A DNA stretch of 63,186 nt, the filler included, from Intoshia linei (Eukaryota; Animalia; Orthonectida), in NCBI GenBank assembly GCA_001642005.1. It is 7 parts of 7 records of this genome, joined end to end, with 100 filler letters (N's around TTAATTAATTAA, not from the genome) between each part and the next. Parts side by side here need not be neighbours in the genome. Positions count along the whole stretch, not along the records: positions 1 to 17,837 come from LWCA01000793.1; positions 17,938 to 30,869 come from LWCA01001059.1; 5 more parts are not named here. The stretch is one strand, 5' to 3'. Under the pieces are notes generated by a model. The model was not told where the DNA came from. It searched no databases and worked only from the letters and a program-made list of their open reading frames with translations. Positions 12,536-24,500 of the stretch are shown here, in pieces. The position numbers were made by a program, and so were the translations under genes. The number at the start of each line of letters is the position of its first letter. Positions within the stretch are counted from its first letter, which is position 1.

Positions 12536-13172
12536 TTGTGTATAAAATAGAGTAATCTATGCTATAATTTATTAATTTAATTAAAAATCTATAATTTTAT
12601 AATCATACTGTATACCAGGGTTACAATTATGCGGCCCGCATTATAAAAAAATTTCTAAAAAAAAATTCTAAAAAAACCACCCTCAAAGTTCTGTTCAAAA
12701 AAATATTAAAAACCCCCTTGAAAGTTTGGTTTAAAAAAAATTCTTAAATATCACCTTGAAAGTTTGGTTCAAAAAAAATTTTTTAAAACCCAAAAGTAAA
12801 CTAAAATTAAAATATAAATGAAAATTTTACACATTCTACGATTTCCCGACTTTAACGAATGTGTATATTTTACAGCTGTACATATTCTATGCAACATATA
12901 CACAAGTAAAGTAAAGAAATTAAAGGATAATGGCGTTTAATCAACATCATCATAATTTGTGTTAAGACTTTTCCATAATAAAGATAAATCATTTAAACTC
13001 TTTCTTTCCTGGGCAGATTACTTTTCATATAAGGTATGTTTCAGGATTACATTTTATTATCAGGCATGTAATAACAGAATAGTAAACATTTGATATCGAT
13101 TGGGTACTTATTGAAAAAATGCTAATTCAAGTTTAAAGTGTAATAAAATATACATTATAAAATTCATATATT

Positions 13173-15198
13173 TTAATCAACAATTTTAACCGGAATTAAT
13201 TTATGTATTTTCATATAAGAAGTGACTTGTTCAGGTATTTCTGCCAAAACCTCTGCAGCCAACATATCACTCTGTTGAGTCCATGGAATTTTCTTTTCAA
13301 AATACGGCTTCATAGCGACAAATTGTACAATATCTCGAACAGATTTTTTGTTTCCAAACGATAAAACATTTACATCTCCATCTAAATATTCCATAGAGGT
13401 AAAATCGGCATTTCCGACGCCAATAATTATAATAGAAATTGGTAAATATGAGGCATCAACGATAGCCTTGGTAGTTTGTTCCAAGTCTGTAATAAGACCA
13501 TCTGTAATAATAACAAGTATTGAATAGGACAAATACATTTCTTCTGGTTTTGATTTATTTGCATTTGCCCGCAGCTTTTGAGCATATTCTAAATTATTTT
13601 CATGATCGTCTAAGGCTGATTTAGTGGCATTAGTTATAGTAGGCGAAAAATTAGTTGGTCCATGAAATTGTACGCTGTTGACTCGTTCATAATACGATTT
13701 CATTACTCCGTCAATTCCAAAGCATTGTTTATTGTTGTCTCTTAAATTGAAACAATGGTTTGTGGCAGAATTTGGTGTGAGTTTAGCTCCAAATCCATAT
13801 GCTGTGACAAATCTAAACTAGGAGTAAAATGCATTAAGCTATATAATAAAATGCTGTATGAACTTACTTGTCGTAGTCGTATTGTATAAGAATGCGACCT
13901 ACGTGGTTGATGACGGCTACATATTGGTTTAATTCTTGATTTGTATTATGTAAACTACTGGGAGACGAAGGAGGATATCCATTGGAAAATGTAAAATCTA
14001 TGCTAGTTATTAAATTGATTTGCATTCCTGATTGTATAAATTCGAAAAAAGAGTAGACATCAAGAATTGAATTTACTTTGATGACAACTAAAATCTTCTT
14101 GATGCATTTGTTATTCAAATCATATACATTTAAATTTAAACTGGGTAGTTTTTCATTATATACTTTGTACAATTCAGATACTCTAAAATAAGAAATACCA
14201 CATAATTTGCGTAATTTTAAAATCTTTATTTTGAGTTTATTGTTCTTATTACCACCACATAATTTAAATAAACCAATATTAATGTTATTCCATAAATGAC
14301 TCGAACTTAAATTTGATCTATAAGTCAAATTATCTAGATTACCTTCAACAGGCCTATAAAATTCTAATTTCATCGGTTTAGTCGTTTTGAATAAAAATCC
14401 ATATTTAGGTGCATTTTTAATAAATATATTTAAATTGATTTCTGTTGAATTTTCTAAAACATTAAAAATTAAAATTATAAACTACACTTGATATCCTAAC
14501 GAGTCCTAACGGATTATATTTTAAAGTCATAGCCTTCCATATCCGTCAAAACTTTCCATGACAAGCCGCCTATAAATATTTTGTTAATTAGGAGGATTCC
14601 CTTTATATTTTTAAGAACCGGATTATAGATTGGGATCTTCTGATTTTGAAGATATGATACAAAAATTAACTCGGTTCATGGGCCGGTCCACACCCGTCCA
14701 GGGCTTTGATACCACTTCATAATTTTAGTCAAATATATTGTAAAGAGTTTATATATATTTAAAAATAATATCACCTGCAACTTCTTGAATGTGTAAATGA
14801 ACTATACTTTTCTTGACAAGTTTTTTATCATTCTTATCCAATAAATATCTTGGAAGATTTAAAATTTGACTGGATATTAATTCACCCAAAACAAATTGAT
14901 AATATCCAATAAACGTTCTTTTTCCATCTGGATCACTATCATAAATTTCAATTTTTCCCAATTGAAAAGATTCAAATAAATATGTTAAATACACTTTATC
15001 ACTGAAAATTGGATTGTGATCATTTTGTATAGTTTCAGATATTTTTACTTGGGTCCAATCTTTGTCATAATTTGAATTTTTTATATAAAAAACGAAAAAC
15101 GGATCACTTTTTGAAAATATATCCATTTTAGGTAAATCTGTACATCGCACCGATATTTCAATTTTGGAATGAGGGACATTGGAATTTAAATGTTTCAT
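13173..15198 (-). CDS. Copine paralog 2, 3 exons 15198-14775, 14453-13868, 13812-13173; 549 aa
   Basis: Same intron positions and phases as paralog 1 (introns 321 and 55 nt). Motifs DLPKMDIFSKSDPF, YDSD, IDFTFSNG, GPTNFSP, ITDG, RDIVQFV, VLAEIPEQ. Confidence 0.93.
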
Positions 15199-16559
15199 TT
15201 ATATAGGCTAAAATGTCACACTTGAAAGTTTCATTAATTTTGGATATACATTGGAATTTTGAGTTATCAGTTATAACTCTTTTAATTACTTCTTTAGTAA
15301 TTTTTATTTGACTTAATAAAACCACAATATATTGTAATGAGGTAGTTTGTTTATCATGGAAACACGTTTTATTTGACTTTGTATAAATAGATCCCATTTA
15401 GCCTAGATCATGTATTAATATAGTCAGTGTTATTGGAACTGGACTGAATCAATTATTTTGAAAAATAAGTATAATAAATCTAACATTCTACATGTGACAT
15501 TTTTTCAATATCTACATAATTTTGACATTATTAATGTTTTAGGACTGTAGTTTTATCTACAATTTGTATTATATACAAAAAGCATATTTAACATCTTGTC
15601 TCGAGAGACACCATTTTAAAATAAATGTGTACAATGTACATTTTATAATGCAGCGACGTGCCGTAGGCAAATAGTCAGGGTAGACCAGTCATAAAATATA
15701 TATACAGTATAAATATTTGTTTATACCAATTCACTATCAACATAATAACAAGAAATATTACCATTCAATAGTTTTTATTAAAAAAAATTAAATTCCATTA
15801 AAAAGGGTGTGACTATGGGAAAAATTTCATATTAACGGAATTTTCAATTCCGTACAATTAATAAGGACGTAGACTATATTTATTACAATGTTTAGGAAGG
15901 GTTAATGGAGTTGATCAAACAAATACTCTACGTTGTATAAGAACTGGTTAATCTTCAATAACTGCCATTTAAAAAAATTATTAACAATAATAAATAAATA
16001 ATTTTGTAAATAATTTATTCATGCATATTTTGATTTTTTTAAGAGTAAAAATAATGACTCGTTTTATAGCCTCATTTACAAAATGAGTTCCTGACTCAGG
16101 AACTGTCTAAGTCGGGCTACTCGGGCAAAGCCCGAGTTGATATTTTTATATTTTTTGAAAAACTAGAAAATTATTAAAAAAATAAAATATTTTATATGTT
16201 CGAGTGTTAAATTTTTAAATAATTGTTAAATTTGTAAATAAATTGAACACAATTATACAATCATATTCAAAATTAAGTCAACACTAAAAATATTTTTAAA
16301 TATTTTACATGTTTTTTTCAATTTATTAGTAAATATAATTATAATTTTTGATTTTAATTTTATGGTCATTATAGTTATGGATATGGTTAAGATAATAAAA
16401 AAATAAATTCAGTTTTTGCATTATTTTTAAATTAATTGGAATAAAAACAAAATACAATTATATTCAATTTTGATAAATGAACGACTCAAAAGAACGTCAA
16501 CACCATCATAAATTTGTAATAATTCATAATTAAATTGATAGATTTTATCTGATTCTTTT

Positions 16560-17119
16560 CAAAACAGAGAATTAAATTATCAAAAAAAAATTTTAATATT
16601 AAAATTACACGAAGAAGGAAAATCATTGCGTGAAATTGACAAACAAGTGGGCGGCCCTATACAACCATTTCTAAAACCGTGAAACGGCTCCGGGAAAATA
16701 GAAGTAATGAAATAAGTGGGAGAACTGGTCGAAGAAGGTTATCTGATATCCGCGACGACAGAAATTTTATTAAATTACACCAAATTCCACCTCAAATGAG
16801 TTTATCCCAATGAAAAAACAATGGACCATAGATGCAAGCAACGGAACAGTTTGTAGGAGGCTGATAGAAAACGGAATAAAATGTTATGCAGTTAGCAAAA
16901 GACCCAGGATTTCTGTGAAAAAAAATTCTAACCGTTTAAGTTTCTGCTCTGATCACTGTAGTTGGTCAATCGATGATGGCAAAAAGTAATATTTTCTTTA
17001 TATGTATATGCTATCATATCTAATATGACGTTTTGCCATGCATCAATTGACCAACTATAGTGATCGGAGCAGAAGCTTAAACGGTTAGAATTTTTGTCAC
17101 AGACTGCCTGGGTCCTTTT
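16560..17119 (+). mobile_element. Tc1-family transposase N-terminal remnant ending in an inverted duplication
   Basis: Fragments ILKLHEEGKSLREIDKQVG, GRTGRRRLSDIRDDRNFIK and RRLIENGIKCY...KRPRIS...RLSFCSDH.SWS.DD with frameshifts. Inverted arms lie at about 16897-16993 and 17022-17119. Confidence 0.8.
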
Positions 17120-17386
17120 CAATTTTTCTAGATAAGCCAACGATTCGTTATTTATTATGTTCTACAAATACAATATCTTTTCTTGATACATTAACGTAGT
17201 CTAAATTTTAAAATTAGATTTTTTAAATTAAATTTTGTTAAAATTAAAATTTTATATAATTAACTTACAATTAACTAAATTCCGTAGGTTAAATAAATTA
17301 ATTAAAAATATGATTAATATATTTTTTACTTGTAACTAAAATTATATTTTTTATTTAAATTTTAATAATGCATATAAATTATGTAA

Positions 17387-17837
17387 TCCTTACTTATATA
17401 ATATGCTTTGTTTATATATGTGTGTTATCATTTATTTCAATAACTTAAGTCTTAGAATTTTATAAAGACCACATTTTAATTACAGTTTTTTCGGGGACGT
17501 ATAATAAGATAAATTTCAACCTTCAAAACTCTCATCTTATGGGTCAAAAACCCAAATTGTCCTTTTTTTGAAAATCAAACGAGTTGGAGAATTAAAAAAA
17601 TAAATACTTTGATACGGATTTTTAAATCATAAATATTATCATAAATTTAAATTTAAAAAAATATATCTTCAGGGCCAAAACCCTAAATTACCCTTTTTTT
17701 GAATGAAAACAGCATTAGAATTTAAAAAAATCGACAAGTGGTACAGTTGTATCCTGTTAACACATACAAAAAATTTCAATCCGAATACGTGACGCCTTCA
17801 CGGTCAAAAAAGCATTTTAGTATTCATACATTTTTTT
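17387..17837 (+). mobile_element. Helitron-family copy (5' part, runs into gap)
   Basis: Start A|TCCTTACTTATATAATATGC and shared internal blocks. Confidence 0.75.
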
Positions 17838-17937
17838 NNNNNNNNNNNNNNNNNNNNNNNNNNNNNNNNNNNNNNNNNNNNTTAATTAATTAANNNNNNN
17901 NNNNNNNNNNNNNNNNNNNNNNNNNNNNNNNNNNNNN
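17838..17937. other. Assembly gap with synthetic TTAATTAATTAA six-frame-stop linker (similar gaps at about 30870, 46515, 56829, 58276, 61211)
   Basis: N-run + TTAATTAATTAA + N-run repeated in the same form six times. Confidence 0.95.
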
Positions 17938-18198
17938 TTTTATTTTTTTAATATTTTTCTAATTTTTCAAAAAATATAAAAATATCAACTCAGGCTTTTT
18001 CCGATTAACACGAGTTGGAGAGTCGCCATTGGCCTCAATCATGGTAGGTTCGGATCTGTATATGTTTAATGTAATGTATAAGGAAATTATAATATAACTT
18101 CTAAAATAAGAGTATTCTTAAAATAAATATCCCAAGTTGAGAATTCCTGATGTAGTGTATTCAATACTGTAAACATAAATTGTACTTTTAATTTTTAG

Positions 18199-18300
18199 GG
18201 CTTTGGTACTCCAACGATTATTGTTAACGAAACAGAATTATTCTTTGGTTCCGATCGATTCGAATCTATCAAATATTATTTAAGTCACAAACATAATTAA
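18199..18300 (+). CDS. GSTK1: Terminal exon of a glutathione S-transferase kappa (DsbA-like); upstream exons not visible (probably in the gap)
   Basis: After a TTTTTAG acceptor: GFGTPTIIVNETELFFGSDRFESIKYYLSHKHN*. FG.P and FGSDR are GST-kappa C-terminal motifs. Confidence 0.75.
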   Translation, partial: GFGTPTIIVNETELFFGSDRFESIKYYLSHKHN

Positions 18301-18329
18301 ATACATTGTTATCATTTAATATTAATATA

Positions 18330-18700
18330 TAGATTTTCACTCATATGTCTTTATTGGAAATGTGTAGACATACAATCCACATTTTTTTTTGAAATTGTAG
18401 GATCAATATTTACATTTTCAATTTTTGATTTTAATCGAAATATTTGAAAAATATTGGTTGATAATATATTAAAAATTATTTTTCACCGGGAATGCGTAGA
18501 TTTCTGGGATTGAAATTTTGTATTTATATTAACTGAAATAAACTCTATCAGAATAATCTTTTTTTTTAATTTTCGAAATGTTAATTATTTCACATTTTTT
18601 GTTTTAATAAAATATTTCGGAAAAAAATATATGATTACTAAAATGCTTTTTTGATTGCGACCGTGTCGTCACTTATTTGGATTGACATTTTTTATGCACA
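18330..18700 (-). mobile_element. Helitron-family internal fragment (minus)
   Basis: Reverse complement of the block at about 11340-11600 (aatgcgtagatttctgg, gattttcactcatatgtc). Confidence 0.65.
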
Positions 18701-20481
18701 CACACAAAAAAAAAATCGTAGATATCAATAAAAATAAATAAAATAAAATAAAAAAATAAAATACAAGTATAAGAATATTATATAAGTATATGAGTATAAG
18801 AAACGTAAATTTGGTGGTGATGAGTGGCNATACATCTGTTAACACATAATAAATTATTTAAAAAATTATAATAATTTGATAAGTTTCAATAATAATAGAT
18901 AAAATAATAAGTTCCATTTTATTTGTATTAAACTTAACAACGAATTATAACGTGTAACTAACACTACATTTTTATACTACATATACAAAACGTAAATTTG
19001 GTGGTGATGAGTGGCGAAGCAATAATTAATTTTATGCTGTAAAAATTTGTACAAATCATTTTTACCCAATTTCCCTAATATACTTAAAAGTACAATTTAA
19101 AATTTTTTATTTGAATCACCCTACATTGTATATTATACATACAAGCAGGTGCTTTAAAATCCAGAAGTAGACCCTATATAAAATTTTTTGAATGACGGTA
19201 TGGATAAATCAAATCAAAATTCTATATAAATTTTGATATATGAAGTTTTGAAATAGCTAGTAGGATAAACTTGTATTCGAGATATTGTTAAATTTAATGG
19301 ATTTAAAATCGAAAAGATTTAAAAACGAGAAATCTCTGTACATTGTACATTGTACAATATTGGGAAATTTGCGGCAATTCAATATTTTGCTAATATTGAG
19401 AGTATTTTTTAGTGTTAAAAGGGAAATCTGAATAAATCGAATCCATTTTAGTCAAAAATTAAAATGTACGCCTAAGAGTAATTAAATAATGTAAATAGGA
19501 GAACCAAATTAAATATTTTTCCAAAATTTTAGCAATTTACGAAGCCGATTAAAAGAATTATTTATCAATAATAGGCTAATTTTTGTTCAAATTTTTTGTT
19601 ATTCTTTGCATAGATATAATTATAAATACGTAAAATTTTGAAATTTAATAATAAATACAATTAATAATTAAAATGCACTCCAAAAATAATAATTTTTAAT
19701 TATTCAAATTGAATTTTTACACTTTAATAGTTAAAAAAAGCAATCAAATTTACAAGCCAAAATAGAATTTCATCAATTTAAATTGTTTCATGTGTATTCA
19801 TGAATTTGTGCGACCCGGGACATAATGATACGTGGTGAATACGGCCAGCATATCAATAAGTTTGCCCACCACTACTTAGATTAAGTAATACTTACTCTTA
19901 GTATGCATTAAATATTACGGTTGTATTTTCCATTTTACAGTATCAATTTATATGAGTATTCAGATCTGAGTAATTTGGATTTGAATGAATAATTTTGATA
20001 TACTTATCTGAGAACAATTGTTGTATAATTATAATTGAAAATTAAAATTATCGTGATTTATGTACTTAACAAAAGCACATGAGTAGTACTCATTGAGTAC
20101 CTTATCATAAGCTAAAGTCTTTAGTGCGACTCAATACACAATTATGGTCTTATATTTTGCCACATACATGTGTTTATATTTCAATATTTCAATATTTTTA
20201 AATTTAAATTCTTGATTTTTAAAATATTTATTGTTTTGATATATAAATGATATTTGCTTTTGAAATTATTTGATTTCAATTGTATGCAATAAAATATGGC
20301 TCGTAGTGTTTAATGGTTAATTATTTTATTAATTAAATTAATTATCAATATGTAATATATTTAATTAGTTTATCATGGACTAATTTATTTAAAATTTCAA
20401 TTTTAAATAGATGAATCAATATTGGTATAATATTTTGACAGGTTTCATTTATAAAAATAGTTTATCAGTAGCACATCAAAT

Positions 20482-20780
20482 ATGACAAAAATCTAATTCG
20501 CTTTTGATATGCTTTCGGGTTATTCATACCTTGCCTTTGTGGTATTTATTTTTATATTAATGTATACAAATAATAGTTTAAGCAATTGACTGAACAAAAA
20601 TTGCCTTGCAAATTCGAGTTAGTTTATACACCCGTTAATTTGTTGAAGTTATTGAAGGAATCCAATAAATTCCAAAATTATATAAAATGCACAATGCTAA
20701 TTATAATTATTAGGTAACAATTTTTTGGGTCGGATCGGTTGGAATCAATCCAATATTATCTAAACCATCAAGATAATTAA
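20482..20780 (+). pseudogene. GST-kappa pseudogene with an early stop and an internal deletion
   Basis: MTKI*FAFDMLSGYSYLAFV | QLTEQKLPCKFELVYTPVNLLKLLKES ... FFGSDRLESIQYYLNHQDN*. The C-terminus is paralogous to the 18199 exon and the middle of the protein is missing. Confidence 0.7.
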
Positions 20781-20959
20781 ATACATTATCATCATGCATA
20801 TTAAATTTTATCTATATTATACATGTAATTTTGGGCGTCTATGATTTTAATTCGCCAAATTGTTTTTAAGGTTTAAATATTTTATCAATAGATTGATTTC
20901 CAAATTTTATTTCAAATTAGCAAAATTTAAAAAAATTGCTTTCTTTACTACACTGTCCT

Positions 20960-21390
20960 TGTCTTTATTCCAATTGATATGGCATATTTGAATAATTACA
21001 CAATAAGTCATCCCAGAAAAATGTTTTCGAATGATGACTTGATATTTTTTACGTCTGCCGGCGTGGTACTGAAAAATGTTTTGCTCTCAATGTAGACAAT
21101 TTCAAGTTATGTCAGAACCATGTTGAAGTCAAACTGATATCGCAAAAGTTTTCAAAGAATATGTGTACTAAATGTAGAATACTTGTATGTATGTGTTACA
21201 TTTTTCATAAAAACCGTAAAAATAAAAATAAAATATTAAACTCAACTCATAAAATATTGATTCATGGATTTAAGTGCTGCCAATATATTGTATGTGAATT
21301 GATGTTAAATGTAATTTCAATTTTAACATTTAATTAATGAATTCTTCACTTCTGAGCCCAGTCCCGGTGAAAGCGTTAGCATTGAGATGT
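20960..21390 (+). mobile_element. Probable piggyBac transposase 3' remnant
   Basis: IDMAYLNNYTI (cf. lDma..Na.i) followed by a Cys-rich tail FKLC...CTKC.ILVC.C..FH; possible decayed end tgaaagcgttag (cf. AAAGGGTTAA). Confidence 0.45.
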
Positions 21391-21563
21391 AGTATCGTCA
21401 AATATAACAAAAAATATATTCTGATACCAACTATTCATCAAGTACATGTATCAGTATTTTGAAATAATTTAGACTCAACTATACTGTTCAAAAACTCATC
21501 GCAACAAGCATAAAATTATATTCATATTCCATAGTTGAATTGATATCAAAATAACGTATAAAA

Positions 21564-24500
21564 ATGCCAATTTCGGCAGTGTATATTTTGGACATTAAAG
21601 GATCGGTAATTTTAAAATTTTTTATGGATATAGCGTCTAATTTTATTTGTCAAAATTTAATTTTTTCTACAGGTATTGTTATTTCGCGATTATCGTGGTG
21701 AAATTTCTTCAACTCAGATTGATAAATTTTTTCCTCTTTTCCTGGAAAATGAAGAAAATGGAACTATGACTCCAATTTTATATTGCCCTGAATCAAAATG
21801 CTCTTATTTCTATATTAGATACTCAAACATTTTTTGTAATTATTGAAATATTTGTTAGAATTATTCAAATAATGTTGTAAAATAGTTGTTGCAGTGACTA
21901 TAAAAAACCTTAATGCCTGTATGTGTTTTTTGTTTCTCTACAAAGTAGTCGATGTAATTAATTAATTTGCTTTATAAACATTTTTCAAACTTAGATATTT
22001 AAAGAATATTTCAAAGAACTGGAAGAGGAAAGTATTCGAGATAATTTTGTCATTATTTACGAACTTTTGGACGAAATTATGGATTTTGGTTATCCGCAAA
22101 CTACAGAATCGAACATTTTACAAGAGTATATATTTTTCCATTTATATTTGAAGTATACTATTTTAAAAACTCGTGTTTTAGTGACTTATAAAATTTTTTT
22201 TAAATTTTTGTATTTTAAATTTTGAATCATTTCTCAATACATCTTTGTTTAGATATATAACACAAGAAAGTTTCAAACTTATCCAACAGCAAGCACAAAT
22301 ACCAAAAACTGTAACTGCAATCGTTTCATGGCGTAAAGATAACATTTATTATCGAAAAAATGAAATTTTTATTGACGTTTTTGAATATGTAGATTTATTG
22401 GTATAATTTACTATTTTTTCATTTGTTTTTATAGATAAATAACTATATAGATAACTGCTCGCGGTCATACCCTACGAAATGATATTAGTGGAGCAGTAAA
22501 AATCAAAAGTTGTTTATCCGGAATGCCAGAATTGCGGTTGGGTTTAAATGATCGAATATTATTCAATTCTATCGGAAGTATTTTTAGTTTTAATTGAAAT
22601 GTTCTTGATTTAAATTTTAAATGGAATAAACAGGTGTATTTATCTCGAGAACTTTTTATTTATGAAATTTTATAATTTTAATTAAGGAAAATCAAAATCG
22701 GTCGAATTAGACGATATCAAATTTCATCAATGCGTACGTCTATCTAGATTTGGACATGATCGAACAATTTTATTTGTTCCACCTGATGGAAATTTCGATT
22801 TAATGACATACCGAGTCAATACCAACGTATTTATCTGTTCATTTTATTATTTTCAGTTGGTTTAAACTTTAAAGAAATATTTTTTTTATATCATTTATCG
22901 GGAAGGGTGGTCAATTTTCTCATTTTTATTACCAGCAAAAACAATGCTGGTAACTTTGCTGCTACCAGAATTTTTTTATATATATAAATGACTAATTTGT
23001 AATATGTAAACTGGATACAATGACGCTTGTGAGTTTCACAAATATATTTTACCTTTATGGTTGCTAAAATTTTGGTTTTATATTTTGTGGTTGGATTAAA
23101 AATTTCTTATTAATTATCAATTTTTTAAGGTATAGTAAAATCGAAGTTTTGAAAAAATGTAGGAAAAGAGATTTTAGTTTAACTTAAATAAAATTGGTAA
23201 AATTGTATTTTTTATTTTGGGTCTGGATTAAAAGGGTTTTTTATAAAATTGTAAAAGGAGTTTTTAAATAAACGACTTGAAAGGTATTTTTCATTAAATA
23301 TTATTAATTATATAATTGTGGGATAAAAGTGAGATTTTAAAAATAATAATTTAGCGTTTATCTCTGCAATAATGTATTTTACAAAATTAAAATAATTATT
23401 ATTTAATTGGGCTGGTAACACCTTTGTTTAGCGTGGATTTAAAATTTACTAATAATTTTACTTAGAAAAATTAATCCTAATTTAAAACTTATTTTAGTCT
23501 CGACCTCTTATATTAGTTGATTCCTACATTGAAAAATACGGATCAACCAGAATTGAATATACGATTAAAGTAAGTAATACTGTTATTTTACTAATTTCTG
23601 CAATGTAATATATTAGTTTATTTTCTATGCTCTATTTTATTTTTTCACCCTCAACCAATAGTATTTTCTAGATAATATACATAATATATTATTGTACATA
23701 CAAATGTAATTGATAATACACTTTTTTTCTTTCATTTAATAAAACCTGGTCTGGACTAAATTTTAATTTGAAACGTTAATATTTGAACCCAAAGTACTGT
23801 CTTTGTTTTATAGTGTCCGATTTTGAATTTTATGCAACCCGCAAATTTTAATAAAAAATTAAATTTCTCTAATTACTTGAAATAACGTAGAAAATATTGA
23901 TATTGTGCCATTTTATCATTAGCAGTGATCATATCTACATTCTAGACCAGTGTATTCTAGATCAAACTTTTTTCCATATGGTGCACTTAAAAGCCCTGAA
24001 AAAATATTGGCGTACAATTGAAATTTAAAAATAATCAAAATTTTATATATACGAGGCGCTTACTGAAGATATTTACTATAATATAAGATTATAGTATAAT
24101 ATAAGTATAAGATTTTTATAAGCAAGAGCTGCTAATTTAAGTAAAAAAGTTGTTTCGGTACAAAAAATAAAAATATTTGATTTAACTGACCCTTTATGAA
24201 ATGATACATATCTCGTCTTCAGTTTTTATTTTGGTATATAAACTTTTGTGAGGCGCACAACTGAAGAAACACTGTTATAGATTATATACCAGGGATTCTC
24301 AACTTTTTTGTCCACCTTCGCCCCCTAAAATAAAAAAAAATTAATTTTTGCAAAATTATCGCCACCTATAAACATTTATTATGGACTCTTTAATAATTAT
24401 GAATTATAATTAAAAGCAAAAAATTGAATTTCCAATTTTTAGTAGTACAGGCTAATTCCTATTTAACGGAATTACTTGTTAACGGAAAAAAATTCCTGAT

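Noticed and set aside
17838-17937. Recurrent palindromic TTAATTAATTAA motif (six times)
   Set aside because: Always centred in N-runs; a synthetic six-frame-stop scaffold linker, not biology.
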